A stretch of 64,000 nt of DNA, from positions 256,001 to 320,000 of the forward strand of contig CAVSIV010000001.1 in the NCBI GenBank assembly GCA_963728205.1, written 5' to 3'. A model generated the notes under the pieces. It ran no database searches, was not told where the DNA came from, and saw nothing but the letters and a program-made list of their open reading frames with translations. Of the stretch, positions 51,777-61,895 are shown in pieces. The stretch is from an uncultured Chloroflexia bacterium (GTDB taxonomy: Bacteria > Chloroflexota > Dehalococcoidia > UBA2979). How positions within the stretch are numbered: position 1 is the first letter of the stretch; each line of letters opens with the position of its first letter. The translations under genes were made by a program, and so were the position numbers.

Positions 51777-52798
51777 CTAGCGGGCGTGCTTCGGGGGCAG
51801 CACCGAGATGGGAATCGGCTCCTCGCGCGCGTCGTCGAGCGACACGGCGACCAGGCCCTCCTGCACGCGCTTCACGAGCCGCGCGAGGACGTGGCCGGGG
51901 CCGACCTCGATGAAGGTGTCGACGCCCTCGCCGGCCATGCGCTTCACGTTGTCGCTCCAGCGTACGGGCGAGCGCAGCTGCGCCTCGAACTCGGCGCGGA
52001 TCTCGTCGGCGGTCTGGAGGAGGCGCGACGTGATGTTCGAGACGATCGGCGTGCTCGGGATCGACCAGCGGGACCTCGCGGATCACCTTCGCGAACTCCC
52101 CCGCCTGGGCGGCGTGCAGCGGCGTGTGGCTGGACACCTTCACCTTGAGGCGAATCACCTTCGCCTGCAGCTCGCGGGCGCGCGTCCATGGCGCGCTCCA
52201 GCGCGGTGACGTCGCCCGAGATCACGGTCTGCGTGTCGAGGTTGTAGTTCGCGACGTCGACCCGGTCGTCGACCGAGTGCGTGACGTCCTCGCAGATCTG
52301 GCGGATGGTCTCCTCGTCGAGGCCGATCACCGAGGCCATGCCGACGGGGCGATCGTCGTTGAACGAGCCCATGAGGCGGGCGCGCTCGAGGATCAGGAAG
52401 ACGGCGTCGCGGAACGAGAGCGCCTCGGAGGCGACCGCGGCGGAGAACAGGCCGAGCGAGTGCCCCCCGAGCAGCCGCGGCCGCACCGACTCGCCGACGG
52501 TGGTGAGCTTCTCGCGCATGGCGCGGAGGAAGGCGACCGAGGTCGTGAGGACGGCCGGCTGGGTGTTCACCGTGTCCGCGAGGTCGTCGGCGTCGGCCTC
52601 GAAGCAGACCTTCGTGAGGTTGATGCCGCTGTAGTCGCTGGCCTCTTCGTACGTCTCGCGAGCGGCCTGCGAGTGCTCCCACAGCAGGTGGCCCATGCCG
52701 GGGGCCTGGGAGCCCTGGCCGGGGAAGAGGAGCGCGACGGGATCGCGGTCATCCTCGGCGGGCGCGCTGGGCGTGGCGGGTGTGGTGTTTGAGGTCAT
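51777..52798 (-). CDS. fabD: Malonyl-CoA:ACP transacylase, interrupted by two single-base insertions (probable assembly errors)
   Basis: FPGQGSQ, NTQPA, GHSLG; frame shifts at ~52186 and ~52058 restore VSSHTP and SPVRW...FIEVGPG. Confidence 0.85.
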
Positions 52799-53242
52799 GG
52801 GTGAGAGCCCATCGCGGGCGCGGCGGCCCGCCAGCGTTCGCTGAGATTACATCTGAGTCTACACGAATGCACGGTCGTGAACATCGCATCGCGACCGGCC
52901 GCGAAGCCAGAGTCCACCACCCCACCTGCCCCGTGCCCCGACCGCTAGCACTCTCTTGCCGAGACTGCCAACAACTGTGGGATCGCGGTCGATCGGTTGC
53001 CGCGACCGGGCGGCGGCCGCGTGACGAGAGACTGACGCCACCCGCGACGCGACGACGAGGTGGCCCGGAGTCCCGGGCCGCCCGTCTCCACGAATTTCGA
53101 CATCATCACAACGTCGTATGACGAATGCGTCACGACATGAGTTCGCCGCGCGTTTCATCTTCATAACGAGTGATCCGCCGGGCGTCCGGCGGTTGCGGCC
53201 TTACCCGGACGTCGGGACGGCCCCACGTTCGAGGAGGACGTC

Positions 53243-54443
53243 ATCCACATCTCCAGCCGGCTCTCCAGAGCCCTCGGCGCCGCCTTCGCGGCGCTCATCA
53301 TGTTCACCGCTACCGCGCTCGTCGCGGGGACCGGTCCGGCCGCGGCCGTCCCGGCGTCGGCTGCCGGCCTCGCCTTCCGCTTCCCGGCGCCGGCCGGCAC
53401 GCAGTGGCAGGTCGCGGGCGGCTACAACACCGCGACGCACTCGATGGCCGACGGCGGCGACCCGTACGCCCTCGACATCGTGCGCACCGACGCGCCGACG
53501 GCCGACACGCCGGTACTCGCACCTGTCGACGGCACGATCGGGTTCGTCGAGTCGAGCAACGCGCGCTGCATCGGCATCCGCACGTCGGATCGCTTCACGG
53601 TCATGATGTGCCACCTGAACCCGCTCGCGAGCGTGCAGCGCGGCATGACGGTGACCCGCGGGATGCAGCTCGCCACGGTCGCGAAGGCCGGCGACGCCGC
53701 GAACAACGGGCTCTCGCACATCCACTTTGCCGTGAGCCAGCCGTCGGGCACCCACGACTGGGGCATGGGCACCACCGTGCCGTTCTCGGGCCGCTGGGCA
53801 CTCGAGGGCCAGGACATGCCCGCGACGACCGCGCCCGACGCCTACGCGGGCGTGGCGTTCACATCGACGAACTCGGTCAACCACGCGCCCACGGTGGCCG
53901 CGGGCGCGGATATCCAGGTGCAGCCCGGCGAGCCGGTGACGCTCACGGCGCACGGCGCCGATCGCGACGGGGATCCGCTGACCTACGTGTGGTCGCAGTC
54001 GAGCGGACCGACCGTTCAGCTCAGCCCGAGCGGCGCGTCGGTCTCGTTCGCCGCGCCCGACGCCGACGGCGCGCAGCTCACGTTCACAGCCGCGGCGGTC
54101 GACCCGGGGGCGCTGTTCGGGTACGACTCCGTGACGGTGACCGTGAACGCGAGCGCCCCGACCACCGGCGGCGCGTCGAGCGCTTCGACGGGCGGCGTGA
54201 TCCTCGAGCGGATCGCTGCCCGCCAACGGCGGGTTCGGGACGCTGCTGTACAGCGGCGGCACGACGGACGAGCTGGTGGCGGCGGCCGGCTGCACGGCCG
54301 GCGCGGGCCGGTTCTGGGTCGTCGACGGCGGCGCGTTCGTCGGCTACTTCCCCGGCGCGGCGACGTTCGTGAACGCCGGCTGGACGGCGCTCTTCGCGAA
54401 CGGTCTGCCCGCGCGGACAATCGTGATCGGGACCTGCGGGTAG
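53243..54443 (+). CDS. Secreted M23-family peptidase with PKD/Ig-like domain and Cys-containing C-terminal domain (one frameshift ~54206)
   Basis: THS...YALD, PVLAPVDG, HL, HIHF; NHAPTVAAGAD...DGDPLTYVWSQ; shifted frame continues SGSLPANGGFG...IGTCG*. Confidence 0.75.
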
Positions 54444-54517
54444 CGGGGAGGACGCGCGGGTAGCGGGTGGGGCGCCGGGAGCACGGGGCGACAGGCTCCG
54501 CGCTCCCCGCGCCTCCG

Positions 54518-56125
54518 TTAGATCGGGGACGGGCCCGCTGCGCGGTCGGGCTCCTCGAGCAGCTTGCGGGCGTCGGGCAGCGCGCGCAGCAAGTCCTGCG
54601 CGATGCCGGCGGCCGTGCCGTACGCCTCCGAGATGAGGCGGCCGGCCTCCGCGTGGACCCACACAGCGGCCGACGCCGCGTCGAACGGCGACATCCTCTG
54701 CCCGAGCATGCCGACGATCAGCCCGGCAAGCACGTCGCCCGTGCCGCCGTGCGCGAGCATCGCGTTCGCGGCCGAGGAGACGCGCGCACGGCCGTCGGGC
54801 GCGGCGACGATGGTGTTCGCGCCTTTGAGCACCACCACGCTGCCGCTCTCGCGCGCGAAGTCGGTGGCGACCGCGAGACGGTGCGACTGCACGTCCGCGA
54901 CGTCGCGGCCGGTCAGGCGCGACATCTCGCCGGGGTGCGGGGTGAGCACGCGCGGGACGGACACGCGCTCCCACCAGCGGGGTTGCTGCGCGAGCAGGTT
55001 GAGCGCGTCGGCGTCGAGCACGAGCGCCTCGAGCGCGTGCTCCGCGCCGTCGAGCCCTGCGAGCAGCGCCTGCACGAACGCGCGCGTCGGCTCGGCCGTA
55101 CCGAGCCCGGGGCCAACGAGCATCGCCCGCGCGCGCGACGCGCCCAGCGCGCGCAGCAGCGCATTCGCCGCGTCGGCGCTCAGCGCGCCGTCGACGTGCG
55201 GCAGCGGCTCATGGATCACGTCCGGCAGGCCCGCGGCGATCAGCGACTGGATGGCCGCGGGCGCGGCCATCGCCACGAGGCCGGCGCCCGACCGCGCCGC
55301 GGCCTCCCCGGAGAGCCGCGCGGCGCCGGGGAAGCGCTGTGAGCCGGCGACGACGAACACCGTCCCGTACGTCCCCTTGTGCGAGTCCGGCGCGCGCGAT
55401 GGCATGAGCGGGCGCAGGTCGCGCAGGCGCAGCTCCTCGAACGGCAGATCGGCGGCGGCGTCCGCCGGCAGGCCAATCTCCACCGGGACGACGCGCCCGG
55501 CAAAGCCGGCGCCCGGGGAGGCGAACAGCCCCACCTTCGCGAAGCCGAACGTCACCGTGATGTCGGCCGCGATCGCGAGCGGGTCGGCGAAGCCGGTGTC
55601 GGCGTCGACGCCGGTCGGCAGGTCGAGCGCGAGGACCTGCGGGCGGTACGACGACTCGCGGAGCGCGGCGAGCCGGCGCGCGATCGCCGCGAGGTCGCCG
55701 TCGAGCGGGCGCTCGCGCGGCGACTGGCCGGTGCCGAGCAGCCCGTCGATCACGAGCGACGCCTGTTCGAGCATCGAATCGAGCCCGGCGAAGCCGGGGT
55801 CCTCGTCGATGGTCGTGGTCGGCACGCCGGATTCGACGACGGCGCGCCACTCGGCGTCGTCGTCGGCGCGCGGGCGCAGCAGGTAGGCGTGCACCGCCGC
55901 GCCCCACTCGAGGAGCTGGCGCGCGGCGACGAGCGCGTCGCCGCCGTTGTTGCCGGGGCCGACGAGCACGAGGATCGGTCGGCTCTCGATCGCGCCGACC
56001 GCCATCCAGGCCTCCTGCGCGGCCGCGGTACCGGCCTCGTGCATCAGCTGGCGCTCGGAGACGCCGGCCGCGACGGCCGCCTGCTCCAGCTCGCGCATCT
56101 GGTCGGCGGTCACGAGCTTCGTCAC
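54518..56125 (-). CDS. nnr: Bifunctional NAD(P)H-hydrate epimerase/dehydratase
   Basis: GPGNNGGD, DLPTG, SHKGTYG, GPGLG, TPHPGE, GGTGDVLAG. Confidence 0.95.
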   Translation of the reverse strand: MTKLVTADQMRELEQAAVAAGVSERQLMHEAGTAAAQEAWMAVGAIESRPILVLVGPGNNGGDALVAARQLLEWGAAVHAYLLRPRADDDAEWRAVVESGVPTTTIDEDPGFAGLDSMLEQASLVIDGLLGTGQSPRERPLDGDLAAIARRLAALRESSYRPQVLALDLPTGVDADTGFADPLAIAADITVTFGFAKVGLFASPGAGFAGRVVPVEIGLPADAAADLPFEELRLRDLRPLMPSRAPDSHKGTYGTVFVVAGSQRFPGAARLSGEAAARSGAGLVAMAAPAAIQSLIAAGLPDVIHEPLPHVDGALSADAANALLRALGASRARAMLVGPGLGTAEPTRAFVQALLAGLDGAEHALEALVLDADALNLLAQQPRWWERVSVPRVLTPHPGEMSRLTGRDVADVQSHRLAVATDFARESGSVVVLKGANTIVAAPDGRARVSSAANAMLAHGGTGDVLAGLIVGMLGQRMSPFDAASAAVWVHAEAGRLISEAYGTAAGIAQDLLRALPDARKLLEEPDRAAGPSPI

Positions 56126-56604
56126 GCGGGCTCCTCGTTCTCGTCTGCGGCCGTGTCCTCGTCGCGCAGCAGCCCGCGCTCGCGCAGGCGGCGCAGCAGG
56201 CGCTCGCGGGCCTCGGCCGGCTCCTGCTCGCGCACGGCCTGCGAGCAGACCACCGACGCGATCGCGAACGACTCCAGGTGGCTGAGCGAGATGTCGATGG
56301 CGTCGAGGCCGATGCGCTCGGCGCGCTTCGCGGCGTTGCCGTGCAGGTAGACGAGCGGCTTGCCGCGGCGGTCGGGCAGCACCTCGATGTCGCGCCAGGC
56401 CACGGAGCGCGCGCCGGTGCCGAGCGCCTTCATCAGCGCCTCCTTCGCGGCGAAGCGCGCCGCGAGCTCGGGCACGCGACCGCGGCAGAACGCGACCTCC
56501 GCCGGCGTGAAGACGCGGCGGAGGAAGCGCTCGGGGTGCCGCGCGAGCACCGCGCGCACGCGATCGATCTCGATCATGTCGATGCCGACGGCATGGGTGG
56601 TCAC
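56122..56604 (-). CDS. acpS: Holo-[ACP] synthase
   Basis: VGIDMIE, ARFAAKEALMKALG, ISLSH. Confidence 0.93.
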   Translation of the reverse strand: MTTHAVGIDMIEIDRVRAVLARHPERFLRRVFTPAEVAFCRGRVPELAARFAAKEALMKALGTGARSVAWRDIEVLPDRRGKPLVYLHGNAAKRAERIGLDAIDISLSHLESFAIASVVCSQAVREQEPAEARERLLRRLRERGLLRDEDTAADENEEPA

Positions 56605-56718
56605 GCGGGGAAGGTACATGGGGACCGCGTCCGACGGCGAGCACGGCGTGTGTGCCCCGCGCTCGCCCCGGCGGAGGGGCGCTGAGATACTGGCGGCTCG
56701 ACGGCTCGAAGCAGGGAG

Positions 56719-57600
56719 GTGCCGGTGGGCGCGCGCATCATCGAGGGCAGGACGATCGCCGCGGAGGTGCGCGCCGAGGTGGCGCGCGAGATCGAGCGCA
56801 TCGTCGCGGCCGGCCGCCCGCGGCCGCACCTTACCGCCGTCCTCGTCGGCGACGACCCCGCCTCGGCCACCTATGTGCGTGGCAAGGACCGCGACTGCCG
56901 CGAGGTCGGCCTCTCGTCGCAGGTGATCCACCTCCCGGCCGAGACTTCGCAGGAGGAGCTCCTCCAGATCGTCGAGCGCCTGAACGCCGACCCCGCGGTG
57001 AGCGGCTTCATCTGCCAGATGCCGTTCCCGCAGCAGATCGACGAGCACGCGATCATGCAGGCGATCAGCCCGGACAAGGACGTCGACGGCCTCAGCCCGG
57101 TCAGCCAGGGCCTGCTCATGCAGGGCCGGCCGCGCTTCATCTCGGCCACGCCGGCCGGCGTGCAGCAGATGCTCGCGCGTTCGGGCATCGACCCCGCCGG
57201 GCAGCGCGTCGTGATCGTCGGGCGGTCGTCGCTCGTCGGCCGGCCGCTGGCGATGCTGCTCGTGAACAAGGCCCCGGGCGCGAACGCGACCGTGACGCTC
57301 GCGCACACCGGCACGCGCGATCTCGCCGCGGTGACGCGCGAGGCCGACATCCTCGTCGCCGCGGCGGGCAGCCCGCGGATGATCACCGCGGACATGGTGC
57401 GGCCGGGCGCGGTCGTCATCGACGTCGGCGTGAACCGCATCGAGGACGCGTCGCGCAAGTCGGGCTTCCGGCTCGTCGGCGACGTCGACTTCGACGCCGT
57501 GGTGGAGGTTGCTTCGGCGATCACGCCGGTGCCCGGCGGGGTGGGGCTGATGACGCGGGCGATGCTGCTGGTGAACACGCTGGCGGCGGCGCGGGGCTGA
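56719..57600 (+). CDS. folD: Methylenetetrahydrofolate dehydrogenase/cyclohydrolase
   Basis: VGDDPAS..YVRGK, KDVDG, GRSSLVGRP, VIDVG, TPVPGGVG. Confidence 0.95.
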   Translation: MPVGARIIEGRTIAAEVRAEVAREIERIVAAGRPRPHLTAVLVGDDPASATYVRGKDRDCREVGLSSQVIHLPAETSQEELLQIVERLNADPAVSGFICQMPFPQQIDEHAIMQAISPDKDVDGLSPVSQGLLMQGRPRFISATPAGVQQMLARSGIDPAGQRVVIVGRSSLVGRPLAMLLVNKAPGANATVTLAHTGTRDLAAVTREADILVAAAGSPRMITADMVRPGAVVIDVGVNRIEDASRKSGFRLVGDVDFDAVVEVASAITPVPGGVGLMTRAMLLVNTLAAARG

Positions 57601-57614
57601 CCGCCATTGCGTTG

Positions 57615-57643
57615 TGCTGCTGGTCGCAGCAAAATGCATGCAT
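57615..57643. promoter_or_regulatory. Probable autoregulatory operator of the TA operon
   Basis: Inverted repeat TGCTGC-tggtc-GCAGCA (57615-57631) and palindrome ATGCATGCAT overlapping the antitoxin start. Confidence 0.45.
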
Positions 57644-57878
57644 GCCCGTTTCCATCACCATCCGCGACGTGCCGGATGCCACGCGCCACGAGCTGGCCGC
57701 GCGCGCTGCGCGCTCGGGTCGCTCGCTGCAGGAGTACCTCCGCGCCGAGCTGATCGAGATCGCGCGGCGCCCGGACCCGGCCGCGCTGCTGGCCGACGTG
57801 CGCGAGCGCAAGCGCCGCACCGCCACCCGCCTGGACGCGGAGACGATTGTGCGCCTGCGGGACGCCGACCGGGAGTGA
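57642..57878 (+). CDS. FitA/VapB-like ribbon-helix-helix antitoxin
   Basis: MPVSITIRDVP...LAARAARSGRSLQEYLR; GTGA overlap with the PIN gene. Confidence 0.85.
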   Translation: MPVSITIRDVPDATRHELAARAARSGRSLQEYLRAELIEIARRPDPAALLADVRERKRRTATRLDAETIVRLRDADRE

Positions 57879-58270
57879 CGCTGGTCGTCGACGCGTCGTT
57901 CGTGGTCGCGGCGCTGATCGACGCCGGTCCCGACGGCGCCTGGGCCGACTCGCTGCTCGGCGTGGAGCCGCTCGCCGCGCCGCACCTGATGCCCGTGGAG
58001 GCCGCGAACATCCTGCGCCGGGCGGCGCTCCACGGCGCGATCTCCGCGGACGCGGCGTCGCTCGCGCACGCGGACCTGCTGCGGCTCCGCGCGACGCTCT
58101 TCCCGTACGAGCCGTTCGCCGAGCGCGCCTGGGAGCTGCGCGACGCCGTCACCGCCTACGACGGCTGGTACGTCGCGCTCGCCGAGGTGCTGGACGCGCC
58201 GCTGGCCACGCTCGACGCGCGCCTCGCGCGCGCCCCGGGTCCGCGCTGCACCTTCGCGACGCGACCATGA
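57875..58270 (+). CDS. VapC-family PIN domain toxin
   Basis: LVVDAS, EAANILRR, TAYDGWYVALAE, LATLDARL. Confidence 0.9.
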   Translation: MTLVVDASFVVAALIDAGPDGAWADSLLGVEPLAAPHLMPVEAANILRRAALHGAISADAASLAHADLLRLRATLFPYEPFAERAWELRDAVTAYDGWYVALAEVLDAPLATLDARLARAPGPRCTFATRP

Positions 58271-58335
58271 CGCGGCGAGCACGGGGCCGATCCCCCGCGC
58301 TCGCCGCCTCCGGTTGGCCGTGCGAACATGGATGC

Positions 58336-59470
58336 ATGGACGAACTTCGACAGCGAATCGCCGAATTGCTCGAGCGCGTGCGGGACGTGCAGGTGCGTCT
58401 TTGACCTGCCCGGCAAAGCGCGCCAGCTAGAGCAGCTCCGCGAGGCGTCCCAGGCCCCGGACCTCTGGAACGACCAGGCGCACGCCCAGTCCGTGATGAA
58501 GGACGTCTCGACCCTCGAGCACCTCGTCACCACGTGGTCCGAGCTCGAGCAGCACCTCGCCGACCTGCAGGACATCGTCGAGCTCGCCGAGGACACGGAC
58601 GAGGCGGAGCGCGACGCCCTCGCGGCCGACGTCGACCGCGAGCTCACCGCGCTCGAGCGCCAGTTCGGGGACCTCGAGTTCGAGCTCACCCTGAGCGGAC
58701 CGTACGACGCGCGCAACGCCGTGCTCTCCGTGCACGCCGGCGCCGGCGGCACCGAGGCGCAGGACTGGGCGGAGATGCTGCTGCGGATGTACATCCGCTG
58801 GTCGGACCAGCACGGCTTCAAGTCCGAGCTGCTCTCGGTCTCCGCGGGTGAGGAGGCCGGCATCAAGTCGGCCGAGCTGCGCATCGCCGGGCGCAACTGC
58901 TACGGGCTGCTGCGCTCGGAGCGCGGCGTGCACCGGCTCGTCCGCATCTCGCCGTTCGACGCCTCCGGCTCGCGTCACACGAGCTTCGCGCTCGTCGAGG
59001 TGATGCCGGAGGCCGCGAAGGGCGAGCTCAGCGTCGAGATCAAGCCGGATGACATCCGCGTGGATACCTACCGCGCGAGCGGCCACGGCGGCCAGAACGT
59101 GCAGAAGAACGACACGGCGGTGCGCATCACGCACCTGCCCACCGGCATCGTGGTGACGTGCCAGAATGAGCGGTCCCAGAACCGCAACCGCGAAAGCGCG
59201 ATGCTGGTGCTCGAGTCCCGCCTCCTGGAGCTCGAGATCGAGCGTGTCGAGCGCGAACGCGCGGCGCTGAAGGGCGCGCACGTGGAGGCCGGCTGGGGCA
59301 ACCAGATCCGCTCCTACGTGCTGCAGCCGTACAAGATGGTGAAGGACCTGCGCACGGGCGCGGAGACGAGCGACTCGGACGCCGTCATCGACGGCGATAT
59401 CGATCAGTTCATCCAGGCCTACCTGCGGAGCCAGGTTGGCGTGGAAGACGAAGGGGTGGCGGCCAGTTGA
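58336..59470 (+). CDS. prfB: Peptide chain release factor 2 with programmed +1 frameshift
   Basis: MDELRQRIAELLERVRDVQVRL then CTT-TGA-C (58399-58405) with AGGTG SD-like motif 3 nt upstream; SPF and GGQ motifs in the +1 frame. Confidence 0.96.
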
Positions 59471-60892
59471 GTCTCGCGCGGTGGGGTTCCCGGTCCGCGT
59501 CCCTTCGCTCGTCTGCCGTCATCGCCGCCCTCGTCGCCCTGATCGTGGTCGGCGCGAGCGTGCTCGGGCCGCCGCGCGCCGCGCTCGCCGGAACGATCCA
59601 GGTCGCGCCAGCGCAGGTCACCGCGCCCGACCCCAGCTCGATCACGTTCACCGCGCGCGTGCAGGCGTCGGCCGGGCTGAAGTCCGCGCGACTCGAGTAC
59701 AAGGTACTCGAACCCCGACGGCAACGTCGGCGGCGGCGGCGACGCGAAGTTCAGCCCCGGCACCGAGACCGACGTCAGCTTCACGCTCACGACGAAGGAT
59801 GCGACCCGCTACATCCCCGTCGGGTCGGAGTTCAGCTTCCACTGGGTGCTCACCGACAACGACGGCCAGGTGAAGCAGACCGACGACGAGACGCAGGTCT
59901 TCCTCGACGGCCGCTACCAGTGGAACCAGAAGACGGAGGGCCAGGCGACCGTCTACTGGTACGGCAACAACGACCACAACGCGACGATCGCGCTCGACGC
60001 CGCGAAGGCGTCGCTGACCGACAGCCAGAAGCTGCTCGGCGTGACCGTGCCGTACCCGATTCGCCTGGTCGTGTACGCCTCGGAATCGGATGGCCAGCTC
60101 GCGCTGCAGTCACGCGGCTCGACCTTCGACTCGCAGGTGATCACCGGCGGCGAACGCGTGGCGCCGGATCTGATACTCGTCTTCACGCCCGACACCGCGG
60201 TGATCCGGCACGAGACGGCGCACATCGTGACGCACGTCGCGGGGGACGGACCGTTCGTCTCGCTGCCGTCATGGATCGACGAGGGCACGGCGGTCTACGA
60301 GCAGCCGGACCCGGGCAACGCGTACACGTCGGGCCTGCAGCAGGAGATCGCGACGAACCACACGCTGCGCCTGAAGTCGCTGCAGGCCCCCGTGAACCAG
60401 CCCGACCTCGTGAACCAGTTCTACGGGCAGTCGTGGTCGACGGTGAAGTACATCATCGACACCTTCGGCCGGGAGAAGTTCGCGAAGATCTTCTCGCTCG
60501 TGAAGGCGGGGTCGCCGATCGACCAGGCACTGCAGCAGGCGATCGGCGTCGACCAGGACGGCCTGTACAACGCGTGGCGTCAGGCGCATGACCTGCAGCC
60601 CGAGGCGTTTGCGACGACCGCCGCCGGCACGGCGGTCGCCGCCCCGCAGTCGACCGTCGCGCCGCTGAGCATCCCCACGAGCAGCAGCGGCGCGAGCGCG
60701 CAGGCGACGCCGGGCGGGCAGGCGTCGACGTCGAACGGTGCGACGAGCGGCACTCCGGCAGGCGCCAACGGCGCCGACGCGAGCGCGAGCACGTCGAACC
60801 GGACGGTCGCGATCGTGGTGGGGCTGCTGACCGTGGTGCTGGCCGCGGGGCTCGGCGGCGCGGGGTTCGTGATGTTGCGCCGGCGCGGGTAG
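59467..60892 (+). CDS. Membrane-anchored peptidase MA (gluzincin) family protein (one frameshift ~59710)
   Basis: Signal-like N-terminus; HETAH...WIDEG; Ser/Thr/Ala linker; C-terminal TM plus RRR. Confidence 0.8.
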
Positions 60893-60907
60893 CTCGGAGC
60901 CCACGGC

Positions 60908-61002
60908 AAGCGGCGGCTCCGGGCCGCCGATTCCGCCGAGGCCGCCGATTACGCGGGCGTCAGACGCCGCGGGTTCCTTCGGCGGCAGGCCTGCCGCCGC
61001 TT
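60908..61002. repeat. REP-like element, copy 6 (degenerate)
   Basis: AAGCGGCGGC... and TCGGCGGCAGGCCTGCCGCCGCTT between convergent genes. Confidence 0.6.
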
Positions 61003-61010
61003 CGTCCCGG

Positions 61011-61895
61011 CTAGTCCCGCCCCGGCACGTACAGCCCGCTGCCGCCCGACGGCTCGGCGCCGCCGCCCGCTGGGGGCTGGCCCTTGGCGAAGCCCGACGA
61101 CAGTCGCTGCGCCTCGGCTTCCGCTTCCATCTGCTGGCGCGCCAGCTCGCGTGCCTCGTCTTCGGTGACATAACGCGTCGTGAAGACGTGGTCGCGGATC
61201 ACGGGGTCCGGGTCGCCGGCGACGACGCGGCGGATCTGCTCGAGCAGCTCGTCCTCGTCCCACGCGCCGTCGAAGCGGCGGCCGTTGATCACGAGCGCCG
61301 GCACCTCGGTGAGCGCACGCTGGCCCGCGAGCACCGGGAACTCGGCCATCTCGATGATGCGCACGCGCAGCTGCCGCGACTCCACGCCGAAGGCGCCGGC
61401 GACGCGCGCCACGTGGGCCGAGTACGCGTCGAACGGCGAGACCATCGCCTCGAGCGTGACCGGCTCGGGCAGCGCCTGCAGCGCCGTGCGCGTCGCGTCC
61501 GTTACGGGCGTGCGTCCCTGCGAGACGAACCCGACGAGGTCGAGCAGCACGGGGAAGAGCAGCCCGGAGAACAGGCCGACGAGTTGGAGCGACCGCCCGG
61601 CGCCGCGCACAACGACCGTCGGCGCGAGGTCGACGCCCGCCTCGGCGGCCCGGCTCGCGTGACGCTCGAGGTCGTACGCGGTGACCGAGAGCGCCGGGTG
61701 CAGCGTCGCGATCTGGCGGATCACGGCGGCGACGTCGTCGCAGTGGGTGCAGGTGTCGCGGTCGGTGCGCACCAGGCCGGACTCGGGGCGCGTCCACAGG
61801 TCGAAGCCGACGGAGCGGTCCAGGCGCTCACCGAGGTAGGCGGCGATCTGCTGTCGGTCGTCGCGGTCGAGCGGGCCGGCAGGCACGGCGGGCAT
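61011..61895 (-). CDS. Two-domain thioredoxin-fold protein (protein disulfide oxidoreductase-like)
   Basis: CTHC in domain 1; EFP...VPALVING in domain 2. Confidence 0.75.
   Translation of the reverse strand: MPAVPAGPLDRDDRQQIAAYLGERLDRSVGFDLWTRPESGLVRTDRDTCTHCDDVAAVIRQIATLHPALSVTAYDLERHASRAAEAGVDLAPTVVVRGAGRSLQLVGLFSGLLFPVLLDLVGFVSQGRTPVTDATRTALQALPEPVTLEAMVSPFDAYSAHVARVAGAFGVESRQLRVRIIEMAEFPVLAGQRALTEVPALVINGRRFDGAWDEDELLEQIRRVVAGDPDPVIRDHVFTTRYVTEDEARELARQQMEAEAEAQRLSSGFAKGQPPAGGGAEPSGGSGLYVPGRD

Noticed and set aside
49192-52158. 988-aa ORF as a FabD-FabF or PKS-like fusion
   Set aside because: Artefact: a frameshifted fabD fragment reads through a shadow frame of the upstream fabF into the downstream fabF.
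51777-52798. fabD as a true pseudogene
   Set aside because: Motifs are intact, there are no in-frame stops after correction, and similar +1 errors occur elsewhere in the window.
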